DNA from: an uncultured cyanobacterium
GTDB taxonomy: Bacteria > Cyanobacteriota > Cyanobacteriia > Phormidesmidales > Phormidesmidaceae
Length of the DNA: 64,000 bases
Direction of reading: 5' to 3'
NCBI GenBank assembly: GCA_963793265.1
Contig: CAWBZI010000002.1
Coordinates: 480,001 to 544,000 of the forward strand
This document shows positions 49,920 through 60,882 of this stretch, piece after piece. Numbering within the stretch: position 1 is the first letter of the stretch; each line of letters opens with the position of its first letter. The position numbers and the translations under genes were made by a program. The notes under the pieces are model-generated. The model did no database searches. It was not told the DNA's origin and was given only the letters and a program-made list of their open reading frames with translations.

Positions 49920-51005
49920 ATGAAATCAGGATCTCCTTTACGCTTTTCACTGGGCCGCACACTGGGCCGCACGCTGACGGCGGGTGTTGCCGTTTGCCTC
50001 TGCTCAAGCGCGCTCTTAATATCAGGCTGTTCTGAAAGAGCCAATACTAGCGAAGCGCCGACGGGCACTGATAGTTCGCTGGTTGAGGCAGAAGAAGTGA
50101 GTAAGCCGCTAGTGGTGACGACCGTGGCCCCAATCACAAATATTGTGAGTAATATTGCAGGCGATCGCCTCCGCGTCGTCGGCATGGTGCCCGAAGGCAC
50201 AAACTCCCACACCTTTGAGCCCCGCCCCTCTGACGGCGAGCTGCTAGCCGAAGCCGATCTGGTTTTAGTCAATGGCCTCTCCCTCGAAATTCCCTCTATT
50301 GAAATGGCCGAAGCCGTCAAGCCCGCAGACACCAAAATTTACGAGCTAGGCACCAACGTCATCGCGCAAGAAGACTGGCTGTTCGACAATAGCTTTCCAC
50401 AGGCAAAAGGCCGACCTAATCCGCACCTCTGGGTAGATCCTGAGTACGCAGAAGGCTATGCAAAGCTCGCCGCCGAGCAGCTTATTGAGCTAGATCCTGA
50501 AGGACAAGAAACCTACGAGGCCAACCTAGCGAGTTTTTTAGCCAAGCTCGATCAGCTCGATCAGGTCACTCGCGAAGTCGTCGCAACGATCCCACCTGAA
50601 AATCGCAAGCTGCTCACCTATCATGACTCTTGGCCCTACTGGGCACGTCAATATGGATTTGAGGTCATCGGCGCAGTTCAGCCGTCAGACTTCAGCGAGC
50701 CTTCAGCTCAAGATGTAGCCTCTATCGTCGATCAGATTAAGGCCAGTGATGTGCCCGCCATTTTTGGCTCAGAGGTATTTCCTAGCAAAATATCTGAGCA
50801 GATCGCGCGCGAAGCTGACGTTAAGCTCGACAACACGGCTGATGACGACCTGCCTGGAGAGGGATCAGCAAGTGCCACAGAAAACACGAACCCAGAGCAC
50901 ACATACATCGGCATGATGGCAGACAACTTACGCATTTTTGCAAACGCTTTAGGCGGCGATGCTGGCCCGGTTGATCAGTTAGATGTGACAAATGTTGTCG
51001 AGTAG
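49920..51005 (+). CDS. Zn/Mn ABC transporter substrate-binding lipoprotein
   Basis: Lipobox ISGC, NSHTFEP, NGLSLE, NPHLW, YHDSW. Confidence 0.92.
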   Translation: MKSGSPLRFSLGRTLGRTLTAGVAVCLCSSALLISGCSERANTSEAPTGTDSSLVEAEEVSKPLVVTTVAPITNIVSNIAGDRLRVVGMVPEGTNSHTFEPRPSDGELLAEADLVLVNGLSLEIPSIEMAEAVKPADTKIYELGTNVIAQEDWLFDNSFPQAKGRPNPHLWVDPEYAEGYAKLAAEQLIELDPEGQETYEANLASFLAKLDQLDQVTREVVATIPPENRKLLTYHDSWPYWARQYGFEVIGAVQPSDFSEPSAQDVASIVDQIKASDVPAIFGSEVFPSKISEQIAREADVKLDNTADDDLPGEGSASATENTNPEHTYIGMMADNLRIFANALGGDAGPVDQLDVTNVVE

Positions 51006-51158
51006 ATGTGACAAACATGAAAAGCCGGTATTGCCCGTTAGTATGAGAAGCGCGTTCCTAAGCGCAGATTCTCTAAAACAAATCTACCAACAACCCTCTT
51101 AAATCTTTTTGTAACAAGTTATCTATGATCGAAAACAACCGCTAAGGATTCAGCCTTT

Positions 51159-52085
51159 ATGCATGTTCTTTTAGAAGCAAGAGATTTAGCCTGTGGATAT
51201 CAGGGTCAATCCATATTCAACGGGCTAAACTTCAAGCTTCACCAAGGCCAGTTTTCTGGCCTTGTCGGCCCCTCTGGCTCGGGCAAAACAACACTTCTTA
51301 AATCTTTATTAGGAATTGTTCAACCCAGACAAGGCCAGGTTTATTACCAAGGGCAACCCGCTTTTAATGGCAAAGGTAAAAGCACAAAGCGAATTTTGCC
51401 TAAAGTCGGCTACGTGCCGCAGGTAGAAACTGTAGATTGGAGCTTTCCAGTAACAGCAGCAGAAGTGGTCATGATGGGCCGCTATCGTCGGCGCGCACCT
51501 TTCAAAGCGGCCTGGCCCTGGCCTTCCAAACAAGATCGAGAAATTGCCGGGCAGCTTCTTGCCCGAGTAGGTGCCGCTGACGTGAGCGATCGCGCCATTG
51601 GCGAACTTTCTGGCGGACAGCAGCAGCGAGTGTTTTTAGCAAGAGCCTTAGTGGGCAACCCTGATTTGGTTTTGCTCGATGAGCCCACAAGCAGCGCTGA
51701 TATTCAAACGCAGCACGAGCTACTGCATCTATTGTGGGATCTTAACGATCAAGGCGTGAGTATCTTACTCTCTACTCATGACCTCAACTCTGTTGCAACG
51801 CATCTGCCCTGGGTGGTTTGTTTTAACCACGGCATTATTGCCGAAGGAAAGCCACTAGACGTATTAACCTCTGATACATTGAGCCGCACTTTTGGCGGTG
51901 ATATGGTGGTACAGCAACAGGGCGATCAGGTACTTATTGCCAGCCGTGCAACAACCGTCAGTCATCCTGTGCAGCGCCCGCGCCCGGCTCTACTCAGAGA
52001 CGGCAATGTGGATCTTAAAAACTCCTGCAACGATCACTCACATTCTTTAGTAGAACAAACTATTCCTAGCAATCAAACGCTATAA
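51159..52085 (+). CDS. Zn/Mn ABC transporter ATP-binding protein
   Basis: GPSGSGKT, GYVPQ, LSGGQQQR, LLDEP. Confidence 0.93.
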   Translation: MHVLLEARDLACGYQGQSIFNGLNFKLHQGQFSGLVGPSGSGKTTLLKSLLGIVQPRQGQVYYQGQPAFNGKGKSTKRILPKVGYVPQVETVDWSFPVTAAEVVMMGRYRRRAPFKAAWPWPSKQDREIAGQLLARVGAADVSDRAIGELSGGQQQRVFLARALVGNPDLVLLDEPTSSADIQTQHELLHLLWDLNDQGVSILLSTHDLNSVATHLPWVVCFNHGIIAEGKPLDVLTSDTLSRTFGGDMVVQQQGDQVLIASRATTVSHPVQRPRPALLRDGNVDLKNSCNDHSHSLVEQTIPSNQTL

Positions 52086-52097
52086 GGCACATTCGTA

Positions 52098-52937
52098 ATG
52101 GAGCTGTTGTTACGCCCCTTTCAGTATGATTTTTTCACAAGAGCGCTGTTGGTTTCAGCGATGGCCGGGCTGCTGTGTGGGGTAATGGGCGTGTATATTA
52201 CGACCCGTCGCATGAGCTATATTGCGCACGGCCTCTCTCATGCCATTTTAGGGGGAGCAGTGCTGAGCTACGTTATCGGCGTTAATTTCTACATTGGCTC
52301 TGGCCTGTGGGGGTTTGGCGCAGCGCTGTTAATTCAGTATCTAAGCACGCGCAAAATTCACGCGGACGCGGCCATTGGCATTGTGACTACAGCAAGCTTT
52401 GCCATGGGAATTGCGATTATCAGCAGCTACCGACAGTTTACACAGAGCTTTGAAGCTGCTTTGTTTGGCAACGTGCTGGGCATTGCGCCGATAGATGTTT
52501 GGGTAGTGATGATGGTTGCGATCGCCCTACTTGGCCTCATCACCGTGTTCTATCGCCCCCTGTTATTTTGGTGCTTTGATCGCGAAGTAGCCCAGGTTCA
52601 CGGGGTACCGGTAATGTCAATGGACGTATTGTTCGCGCTTATGCTAGCCGCGCTATTAGTGACAACCCTGCAGGTATTGGGCGTCACCATGGTGATTTCA
52701 GCAGTGGTGATTCCCGCTTCAATTGCGAGATTGTTGAGCGACAAATTCAGTCACATGATATTTATCTCAGCCGGGCTAGGTGCGTTTTTCTCACTGTTTG
52801 GTATTTATCTGAGCTACTACTTTGATATTGCCAGCGGGGCTAGCGTGGTATTGCTTTCAACGATTGGGTTTGCGATCGCCCTCACCTGGAATAGCTTCGT
52901 GCAAAAGCGACAGATCGCAAAAAGCCTAGAAGCCTAA
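52098..52937 (+). CDS. Zn/Mn ABC transporter permease
   Basis: RMSYIAHGLSHA, DAAIGI, LFGNVL, FDREVA. Confidence 0.93.
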   Translation: MELLLRPFQYDFFTRALLVSAMAGLLCGVMGVYITTRRMSYIAHGLSHAILGGAVLSYVIGVNFYIGSGLWGFGAALLIQYLSTRKIHADAAIGIVTTASFAMGIAIISSYRQFTQSFEAALFGNVLGIAPIDVWVVMMVAIALLGLITVFYRPLLFWCFDREVAQVHGVPVMSMDVLFALMLAALLVTTLQVLGVTMVISAVVIPASIARLLSDKFSHMIFISAGLGAFFSLFGIYLSYYFDIASGASVVLLSTIGFAIALTWNSFVQKRQIAKSLEA

Positions 52938-52973
52938 AGACAGATATAGTCACCTTCAGATCGGCACATACAT

Positions 52974-53011
52974 AAAGGGGCTGCCAGACATCACATCCGG
53001 CAGCCCCTTTT
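52974..53011. terminator. Intrinsic terminator between convergent genes
   Basis: aaaggggctgcc...ggcagcccctttt. Confidence 0.75.
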
Positions 53012-53031
53012 ATCGTCCTAACTCAGCTTCT

Positions 53032-54072
53032 TTAGAAGCCAGCGTCTTTAAATGATTGATAAGGCTTGTCAGGATGATACAGATGGCACTCAGTCGCAAT
53101 CGACTTCATCAGCGCCCAGTTAAACTTGCGCTCAACAATATGCTCGCCCCAGTTCTCCTTCAAATTCTGGTGAGCCTTGCGCAGATTATACGAAGGAATA
53201 CCCGTCGAAACGTGGTGTGGCACGTGCACATTGATGTCATGGCAAAGCACCTCAATCCAGCGAGGATAGCTACAGTGAACGGTGCCCGCTAGCTGCGCGT
53301 CGCCTGCATTCCAAAGTTCTTCAGGTTGAAAAGAAATCTCAGGGATGGTGTGGTGCACAATGGTGAAAGTGCTCATCCAAAAGTGATAAACCATCCAGGG
53401 CATGAGCCAGAACTTAACGAAGCCCCAAAAGCCCGTAGTGGCAATCAATACAGGGAAGAAGACAGCGGCAAAACCGACGACAACAGCGATAGAGAGGATA
53501 GCTTTAGAGCGATCGCGCTGCTTAAAGTTCCGCAAGTCAAAGTGCAGCACGGCCCAGTGACCGATAGAGCCCACCCACCAAAAATAGCCGCGAATCACCT
53601 TGTACATCTTCTGCATCGCCGGGTGAGACTTTTCAAAATCCTCTGCATACCAGGGGTACCAGGCATTATCTACATCCATTTTGTTGGTGTGTAGATGGTG
53701 ATGATCGTGCAGAATGCGCCAGGGATGGAAAGGATAGATCAGCGGTAAAAAGGCAAGGTGGCCGACTAAATCGTTCACCCAGCGCCGTTTAGCAAAGGAG
53801 CGATGGCCCGCGTCGTGGCCGATTACAAAAAAGCCCGTGAGCGCTGTGCCTGTGAAGAACCAGGTGAAAGGGAGCAAAAAGGCAGGGAGGAAGATGATTG
53901 AAAGGTAGCCTGCGATCGCTGCTGAAACACTAATCGCTACGTGCTTCCAGGCTTTCGTAGCATCTTTCTCGAAGTAAGCTTTAGGCAAGCTCCTGATAAT
54001 TTCCTTGAGCTGCAAAGGAGCCGCACTTGGCTTAGGTTTAGCAGCAACAAACCGTTGTGTCGTAGCAGTCAA
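53032..54072 (-). CDS. desA: Delta-12 acyl-lipid desaturase
   Basis: GHDAGH, HDHHH, HVPHH; CHDINVH and IPSYNLR; TTG start. Confidence 0.9.
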   Translation of the reverse strand: MTATTQRFVAAKPKPSAAPLQLKEIIRSLPKAYFEKDATKAWKHVAISVSAAIAGYLSIIFLPAFLLPFTWFFTGTALTGFFVIGHDAGHRSFAKRRWVNDLVGHLAFLPLIYPFHPWRILHDHHHLHTNKMDVDNAWYPWYAEDFEKSHPAMQKMYKVIRGYFWWVGSIGHWAVLHFDLRNFKQRDRSKAILSIAVVVGFAAVFFPVLIATTGFWGFVKFWLMPWMVYHFWMSTFTIVHHTIPEISFQPEELWNAGDAQLAGTVHCSYPRWIEVLCHDINVHVPHHVSTGIPSYNLRKAHQNLKENWGEHIVERKFNWALMKSIATECHLYHPDKPYQSFKDAGF

Positions 54073-54376
54073 AAGTCAATACTCCCGTAAGAAATCGAAG
54101 GCAAGAATTCCGTTACAGACGTGCTCAATAACGGAACGCTTTATAAGTCTTTACATTTATACCACTTAGGGGGAGGCCAACAAAAAGCTTTATCACCCGA
54201 TCGCACCGAATTTCCGTGCTTTTTCTGAGAAGTGTCTGTACTACTTTGAGCATTTGTACTCACTGCATAGATGTTAAGCACCCAGCTCCGGTCTTTTGCA
54301 ATAGGATAAGGATCGCGCCTTGCCTTTGGCCGCTTTGATAATTTCGTTCGTTACTATCCCGCCTTCACCCGCTGCT

Positions 54377-56326
54377 ATGAGCCTGATCACCTTTCAATCT
54401 GTCAATAAAGACTTCGGCATCAAAGAAGTTCTCCGCGAAGGCTCTTTTAGCATTGAACCTGACGATAAGGTCGGCGTTATTGGCGTCAATGGCTCAGGCA
54501 AGTCTACGCTGCTCAAAATGATGGGCGGTATCGAACCGATTGACAGCGGTCAGCGCCTGACCAAATCGGGCGCAAGGCTGGTTTATTTACCGCAACAGCC
54601 TGATATTAATGAAGATTTGACGGTGCTCGATCAGGTGTTTGCAGACTGTGGCGAGCAGATGCAGCTCGTGCGCGAATATGAAGAACTCACGCATAAAATG
54701 TCTCATGCTACTGAGGGCAAAGCGTTAGATCAGATGATGAATCGCCTGGCAGTGGTGGGCGAAAAAATGGAGACTGAAGGCGCTTGGGATTTGGAGACGA
54801 GCGCAAAGATAATCTTAAGTAAGCTGGGGATTGAAGATTTTGAGGCGCGCGTAGGCGATCTTTCGGGGGGCTATCGGAAGCGAATTGCTCTGGCAACGGC
54901 GCTAATGAGCGATCCTGATTTGCTGCTGATGGATGAGCCGACAAACCACCTAGACGCTGAGTCGGTGGAGTGGCTGCAAACGTATTTGGGGCAGTTTCGC
55001 GGCGCGCTGGTGCTGATTACTCACGATCGCTACTTTCTCGATAATGTCACCAATCGCATTCTTGAAATTGACCGCGCCGATCTGTATCCGTATCAGGGCA
55101 ACTATGCCTATTACCTAGAGAAGAAAGCAGAACAGGAGGCTTCTTCGGCCAGCTCTCAACAGAAGTTTAAAGGAATGCTTCGCCGCGAGCTTGCCTGGCT
55201 GCGGCAGGGGCCAAAAGCACGGAGCACTAAGCAAAATGCGCGGATTGGTCGAATCGAGGAAATGAAGGACAAGTCCTTTAAAGAAGTGCAGGGCAAGGTC
55301 GAGATTGATACGCCAGGGCGGCGGATTGGGAAGAAGGTGATTGAGGTGAACAGCGTGAGTAAAGCCTATGACGGGCGGACGCTGATTAAAGACTTTACGT
55401 ATGAGTTTACCGCGAGCGATCGCATTGGCATTATCGGTGGCAACGGCGCAGGCAAATCTACACTCATGGACATTATCACTGGCCGAGTAGAGCCCGACAG
55501 CGGCACCGTTGAAATCGGTCAAACTATTCACATTGGCTACTTTAACCAGCACTCTGAGGAATTATTAGAAGCGCTCAACGAAAACATGCGAGTGATGGAC
55601 TACCTGAAAGAGGAAGGTGCCTTTGTTACCACCGCTGACGGCAGTCAGATTAGCGTCTCACAAATGTTGGAGCGATTCCTGTTCACCAGCAACCAGCAGT
55701 ACACGCCGATTCACAAGCTTTCTGGTGGGGAAAAACGCCGTCTCTTTCTTTTGCGTGTTTTGCTCAGCGCCCCCAACGTACTCATTCTCGACGAGCCAAC
55801 CAACGATCTTGATGTGCAAACGCTCACCGTACTAGAAGATTACTTAGAGAGCTTTAGCGGCTGTGTGATCACGGTTTCTCACGATCGCTATTTTCTAGAT
55901 CGAACGGTCAAGAATATCTTCGCACTAGAGCCGGGCGGCAATATTCGCCGCTATCCTGGCAGCTATTCTGTGTATCTGGAAACCAAAAAGAAAGAGGATT
56001 CTACAGAAAAGAAGGCAGAAAAAAAGGTTCAGCAGTCGAATAGTGCAGCTACCGGACAAAAACAGACGCAAAAGGTAGCTTCTAAACCGGTAGGCGGTTC
56101 TCAAACCAAGAAAGTTTCTAATAAGGAGAAAAGAGAGTACGAAGCTTTGGAGAGTAAGATTCCTAAGCTAGAGGCGAAGAAGGCGAAATTAGAGAAGCTG
56201 CTATATCCGACGCCACCGGATGATTATGAGGAACTGCAAAAGCTGTCTGAGGAGATTGCTGCGATCGCTCAAGAAATCGACACGGCCACTGAACGGTGGA
56301 TGGAGCTAGCCGAGCTGATAGCGTGA
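54377..56326 (+). CDS. ABC-F family ATP-binding protein (Uup-like)
   Basis: Two ABC domains (GVNGSGKS, GGNGAGKS, two DEPTN), KARSTK linker, C-terminal coiled coil; no TM. Confidence 0.92.
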   Translation: MSLITFQSVNKDFGIKEVLREGSFSIEPDDKVGVIGVNGSGKSTLLKMMGGIEPIDSGQRLTKSGARLVYLPQQPDINEDLTVLDQVFADCGEQMQLVREYEELTHKMSHATEGKALDQMMNRLAVVGEKMETEGAWDLETSAKIILSKLGIEDFEARVGDLSGGYRKRIALATALMSDPDLLLMDEPTNHLDAESVEWLQTYLGQFRGALVLITHDRYFLDNVTNRILEIDRADLYPYQGNYAYYLEKKAEQEASSASSQQKFKGMLRRELAWLRQGPKARSTKQNARIGRIEEMKDKSFKEVQGKVEIDTPGRRIGKKVIEVNSVSKAYDGRTLIKDFTYEFTASDRIGIIGGNGAGKSTLMDIITGRVEPDSGTVEIGQTIHIGYFNQHSEELLEALNENMRVMDYLKEEGAFVTTADGSQISVSQMLERFLFTSNQQYTPIHKLSGGEKRRLFLLRVLLSAPNVLILDEPTNDLDVQTLTVLEDYLESFSGCVITVSHDRYFLDRTVKNIFALEPGGNIRRYPGSYSVYLETKKKEDSTEKKAEKKVQQSNSAATGQKQTQKVASKPVGGSQTKKVSNKEKREYEALESKIPKLEAKKAKLEKLLYPTPPDDYEELQKLSEEIAAIAQEIDTATERWMELAELIA

Positions 56327-56365
56327 TTGTTAGTTAATGGAAAAAAGCAAAGCCTCCTATCTAAA

Positions 56366-56403
56366 AGCCGCCTACCTATAGAAGCTCTAATAGGTAGGCG
56401 GCT
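56366..56403. terminator. Hairpin between convergent genes
   Basis: 14-bp stem agccgcctacctat / ataggtaggcggct. Confidence 0.65.
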
Positions 56404-56437
56404 GATGCTGCGGATTATTGTCTACAAGCGCTATCTT

Positions 56438-57001
56438 TTAGTTTGCAGTCAGGCGATACGCGCCGCGCTCACCTTTGTACCAGTCGCCGCTGCGAACGCC
56501 GCCAGATAGAATATTTGAAACTCGGTTACGAGCCTTCAAATACTGATTTTTCGGCATTTCATCACTAAACAAACTTGACATGACTTCTGCAATCTTGAAG
56601 TCTTTGTCGGGCTGTGTTGCTAAAATCAAGCGCACCGCTTCTGGCATCGGCTGATCGCCAACACCTTCGCGAGTGTACTTCTGCCAGCTTGCCGTACGAC
56701 CGTCTTTTTTAGCTTTAGTTGTCGTTTTCGCTTTCTTTTCAGCTTTTGGCTTTGTTGCAGCGGGCTTAGTTGCTTTTGCTTTAGCTGTTGATTTAGTAGC
56801 AGTCGCTTTAGCGGAAGTTTTAGCAGGGGCAGTAGGTGCAGATGCTTCTGATTCGGGTGAAGAACCATCGAACAAAGGGAGAACCGCGCGAACGGCTTTT
56901 AACTTTGCTTGTACCTCAGCAAGCTGTGCTTCTATTGAAGCTTCTTGCGCGGTAATGTCGGAGATGATCTCTTCTAGCTGGGGTAGTACGGTTGCTGTCA
57001 T
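56438..57001 (-). CDS. Hypothetical protein: coiled coil, Lys/Ala-rich linker and winged-helix-like C-terminus
   Basis: Heptad-like N-terminus; AKTSAKATATKSTAKAKATKPAATKPK; AVRLIL...FKIAEVM...VSNILSGG...W..GERGAY. Confidence 0.7.
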   Translation of the reverse strand: MTATVLPQLEEIISDITAQEASIEAQLAEVQAKLKAVRAVLPLFDGSSPESEASAPTAPAKTSAKATATKSTAKAKATKPAATKPKAEKKAKTTTKAKKDGRTASWQKYTREGVGDQPMPEAVRLILATQPDKDFKIAEVMSSLFSDEMPKNQYLKARNRVSNILSGGVRSGDWYKGERGAYRLTAN

Positions 57002-57149
57002 GAAGAAAAAACTTTCTTGTAACGGTTACAAGAAATAATATTAGCGTACTCTTTCAACTTTAAAACAATTAAGTTGAATTATTTTCACTATTTTTCAGCA
57101 GTCTGCTAGAACCGCCTATCCAGCAGAAAAAGAATAAAGACATTTGCTG

Positions 57150-59375
57150 TTAGATTGCTAACAAAGCCTTAGCTCTATCGGTTAGCTTTTCAGCAGTTAG
57201 CCCGTTCAAAGCAAAAAGCTGACCTGCACTCGCCGTTGTTTCACCCCGTTTCCAAGCCATCACATCGCGCGGCGCTGAGCTACGCAGCATCAGAGGTTCT
57301 ACCATTGCACTAGAGCCACCCGTTACGCCAATTAGAGCATCGCCTGCAAAGAGTTCTTCAAACTCAGCATCGCTCAAGAAGCCGTCATCTGCCTGCGCGC
57401 AGCTCTCCCAAGCAACATCGCTGGGGCGATAAAGCCGCCTGGGGCTGACAATCGCAACAACTCTAGAGCCGATCCCCTGCTCGTTTAAGTCTCTGACTGC
57501 ATCTAAAACTGGAATCAGCATCATATCGCCAACGACACCGAATACAACGGTGCGATCGCCTGGCGTTGATTGCAGCTCAATGGCCCCTTTCTCCAAAGCT
57601 TCGCGCGTTTGATCAAAGGTAGTGCGAATAGGTAAAGGTGACTTGCTCGCCGTAATCGTGATTCCTTTATTTTTGGTTTTTAGCGCCCAGTCGTAGCAAA
57701 CTTGAATGCTATTGGCATCAATGGGAAACAGCGGAAAAATGTTGCCATTGCGCATCATCGCGGCAAAGTAGTTTTCAATCTCAGGACGTTGATGCGTCCA
57801 GCCGTTGCGACCCTGCTCTAGTGCCCCTGCGGTAAACAAACAAATGGTAGAAGGCGTCGGGCGACGTAGCTCTGTCATCGCCTGCGTGGTGGTTTGCCAT
57901 ATGGGTAGGCCGTTAATAGCAAACGATTCGTATGAGCACCACAGGCTACGAGCGCCCATCAAAGCTTGAGCAGCCGCTAGCCCAGCGCAGGCGTCTTCGC
58001 TAAGCGGCTCGTAAACCTGACCTTTTGGCCCCTGGAAGTAAGTGTCGTCCTGGGTAGGGTGAATGATCTTCAGCGCCTGGTTGATATTGTTGATACCCGA
58101 GGCGGCGTTACCGTCAGCGTTCGTGACGACAAAGTTAGGATCTTGCTTGCCCACATAAGCGACCAGCTCACCCATGGCCGTTGTCGCTACCTGCTTGTTG
58201 TCTGTACCTACCTCAAACTCATTAGTCGGCAAATCACCCAGTTCTGCTAGGGACAGCTCAGATTCGGTGACAGCCGTTTTCGCAGCAGGGCCACCGTGAG
58301 CCCGAACAAAGTTAGTTCGCACTAAGTTCCATTCTTCAGGAGAAAGCGCTAGAGACTTAAGGGCGGCGGTAATGTAGTCTTTCTCTAAGCTATCGCCAGG
58401 GTAGAGATTGTGAGACTGAGAGCCCCTTTTGTGTACGCCCGCCCCTTTCAATTGTTTAACGATTAAAACGGTTTGAGTGCCGCCAAGCGCAGACTTTGCC
58501 GCTTTATCGGTCGCTTCTAAAATTGCTTGCGTGAAGGCGGTGCGCTGTTTGCGTGAGAAAGCGGTGCTGTCTACATAAGGCCCGGACTGGTTAGCATCAT
58601 CGTAATCTTTGGCATCTACAAGAATAACGTTAGCAAAGCCGTTACCGCTCCAATAGGCAATCATCTGCTCATTGCTATAGGTGGAAACAATGCTGTGGTG
58701 TTCTTGAGAAAATCCGTTCCACACCAGAATAGGAAGATAATTAGTGACGGTGGGATAGATAGTGTTGAAGTGGGCGAGGCTGCTGGTGATGTAGGGTTCG
58801 CCTAAGCCGCCGTCGCCAATGGTAACCGGAAAAAGCTGATCGGGATGGAGCTTGGCAGCGGCCATGGCGAAATGTTGACCCTGACCAAGGGGGCCTGCTG
58901 GGCTAAGCAAACCGGGGATTTGGCCGGAGAGATGGCCCAAAAGACCGTGAGTTTCGCGAAAGCGATCGCCCAGTTCTTGCACCGTTTTAATATCCATCTC
59001 TTCTAGAGACGTGTCCATAAACACAGTGCTGTAAAAACCGGGGGCATGGTGACCCACCTCAGTGATGAGGTTTTTGTAGCCCAGCATAACTAAAGCGGCA
59101 ATCGTATCAGCGATGCTGGCAAAGCCGCCGGGGTGGCCGGACTGTTTGCTGGCGGTAGTGCGCAAGGTGAGATAGCGCAGGGCGTTGGCCGCGAGCATGG
59201 TTTGGTAGACGGCGGCGGGGTCTGTCGGGTCAGAAATAGCTTCTTGGTTAGAGGCGATCGCAGCCTCCTTTCCATGCGATTCAAACTCGGTGCTCGGCTC
59301 GTTAAAGTGCTGAATACCCTGGCAAAAAGCAGGCATTGAGGCAGAAATAGACGCTTTAGAGACGGCTGCGGTCAT
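57150..59375 (-). CDS. Phosphoketolase/transketolase-like TPP enzyme
   Basis: SGHPGG, GHHAPG, TPP motif GDGG...N, EPLSEDAC, SYESF, NGWTHQRP. Confidence 0.85.
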   Translation of the reverse strand: MTAAVSKASISASMPAFCQGIQHFNEPSTEFESHGKEAAIASNQEAISDPTDPAAVYQTMLAANALRYLTLRTTASKQSGHPGGFASIADTIAALVMLGYKNLITEVGHHAPGFYSTVFMDTSLEEMDIKTVQELGDRFRETHGLLGHLSGQIPGLLSPAGPLGQGQHFAMAAAKLHPDQLFPVTIGDGGLGEPYITSSLAHFNTIYPTVTNYLPILVWNGFSQEHHSIVSTYSNEQMIAYWSGNGFANVILVDAKDYDDANQSGPYVDSTAFSRKQRTAFTQAILEATDKAAKSALGGTQTVLIVKQLKGAGVHKRGSQSHNLYPGDSLEKDYITAALKSLALSPEEWNLVRTNFVRAHGGPAAKTAVTESELSLAELGDLPTNEFEVGTDNKQVATTAMGELVAYVGKQDPNFVVTNADGNAASGINNINQALKIIHPTQDDTYFQGPKGQVYEPLSEDACAGLAAAQALMGARSLWCSYESFAINGLPIWQTTTQAMTELRRPTPSTICLFTAGALEQGRNGWTHQRPEIENYFAAMMRNGNIFPLFPIDANSIQVCYDWALKTKNKGITITASKSPLPIRTTFDQTREALEKGAIELQSTPGDRTVVFGVVGDMMLIPVLDAVRDLNEQGIGSRVVAIVSPRRLYRPSDVAWESCAQADDGFLSDAEFEELFAGDALIGVTGGSSAMVEPLMLRSSAPRDVMAWKRGETTASAGQLFALNGLTAEKLTDRAKALLAI

Positions 59376-59508
59376 TGAAAGATCCTCGGTGTAGCTGAAG
59401 TATTCAATTTAGCGTGACTGTTCACACTTAGCGCCGCGTTTTCTTTAGGTTGTATATTGATCTTAATGCTTGCATATTCGAACTTCCCTTATTCAAATCA
59501 ATAGCTGC

Positions 59509-60843
59509 GTGACTCACCTATCCAAATCGCATCGACTTTTTTCCAACCTGGAACAAAAAACGGAAGCTTCAGGCAATACCCTTCAACATCGTCCGGGCAG
59601 CCCTCTAAACAGTATTTCTTTAATTGCAGGCACAACTATCGGGGCCGGTATTCTGGCCCTTCCCGCCGCTACGCTACCGGCTGGCCTGCTGCCGTCTTCT
59701 CTGTTGATGATAGGCGTGTGTCTATACATGGCGGTATCTGGCCTGCTAATTGCTGAAGTGAATCTACAAACTATGCAGCAGCTAGGCCAGCCCTCTCTCG
59801 GATTTATGGGCACGGTGCGGCATCGGTTAGGGAAAGGAGGTGCGGCGATCGCAGCTATCCTCTACATATTCAACCACTACGCCCTTCTCGTAGCCTATAC
59901 CGCCCGTGGTGGCGACATTCTAGCCTTAGCCTTGGGTCATTTAGAAGTTAGCCTTCAGCTTGCCCCTGCAATGCCGCTGTGGTGGGGGCATGTTATCTTC
60001 GCGCTGCTGTTAGGACTTATCCTTTTATTGGGCAGCGAACAGTTTGTCGGCAGGCTTAACAGCGTTTTACTCGCGATCGTCATTGTTTCTTTTGGCGGTT
60101 TGCTAACGCTAACGCTCAGTCAGGTTCACGCTGAACAATGGCTGACTCAGCACTGGGACAAGGTTAGTGCGGCTGTGCCTGTGATGTTTGTGGCTTTTGT
60201 GTATCACAATGTAGTGCCTGTAATCACAACAGATTTGGAGGGCGATCGCACTAAAATCCGTCAGTCTATTTTCGTCGGCTCGTTAATTCCGCTATTAATG
60301 TTTCTAATTTGGAACGCAGTTGTTTTGGGCAGCGTTGAAGTTAGTGCATCAGCAGTCAGTGCATCAACCATAGAGGCCGCAGCAATCGTTGACCCACTAG
60401 AAATACTTCGTAAAGGCGCAAGTAATCCTAAGCTAGGCGTTTTCATTTCAGCGTTCTCTGAATTTGCGATTACAACCTCATTTATTGGATTTGTCTACGG
60501 CCTCCGCAACTTCTTTGAAGATGTCCTCACCTATCCAACCAGCCTTAAACTGCGGCGTTTCGTCATCTACGCGCTCGTACTCGTTCCACCTATCGCGCCC
60601 TCAGTTCTAAATCCCAACATCTTTTTTGAAGCGATGGACTCAGCCGGAGCCTTTGGGATTTCCGTTTTGTTTGGCATCATTCCAGCAGTCATGGCCTGGC
60701 GATCGCGCTATAGCGATGAGACTATAAAAGAAGAGGAGCGATCGCCCATGGTTTTCGGTGGTAAAGTAATGCTGGCTATTGTGATTGCGATCGCCTCGAC
60801 AGTCTTTATGCAACGTGCGTTGACAATGCTGAGCTTAATCTAA
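59509..60843 (+). CDS. Aromatic amino acid permease (TyrP/Mtr family)
   Basis: LIAGTTIGAGILALP, FVYHNVVP, TTSFIG; about 11 TM segments; start uncertain. Confidence 0.88.
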   Translation: MTHLSKSHRLFSNLEQKTEASGNTLQHRPGSPLNSISLIAGTTIGAGILALPAATLPAGLLPSSLLMIGVCLYMAVSGLLIAEVNLQTMQQLGQPSLGFMGTVRHRLGKGGAAIAAILYIFNHYALLVAYTARGGDILALALGHLEVSLQLAPAMPLWWGHVIFALLLGLILLLGSEQFVGRLNSVLLAIVIVSFGGLLTLTLSQVHAEQWLTQHWDKVSAAVPVMFVAFVYHNVVPVITTDLEGDRTKIRQSIFVGSLIPLLMFLIWNAVVLGSVEVSASAVSASTIEAAAIVDPLEILRKGASNPKLGVFISAFSEFAITTSFIGFVYGLRNFFEDVLTYPTSLKLRRFVIYALVLVPPIAPSVLNPNIFFEAMDSAGAFGISVLFGIIPAVMAWRSRYSDETIKEEERSPMVFGGKVMLAIVIAIASTVFMQRALTMLSLI

Positions 60844-60845
60844 AA

Positions 60846-60876
60846 GGCCGGGCAACCTTTTCGAGATCGCCCGGCT
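60846..60876. terminator. Hairpin between convergent genes
   Basis: gccgggc...gcccggc stem. Confidence 0.55.
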
Positions 60877-60882
60877 TCTCAC

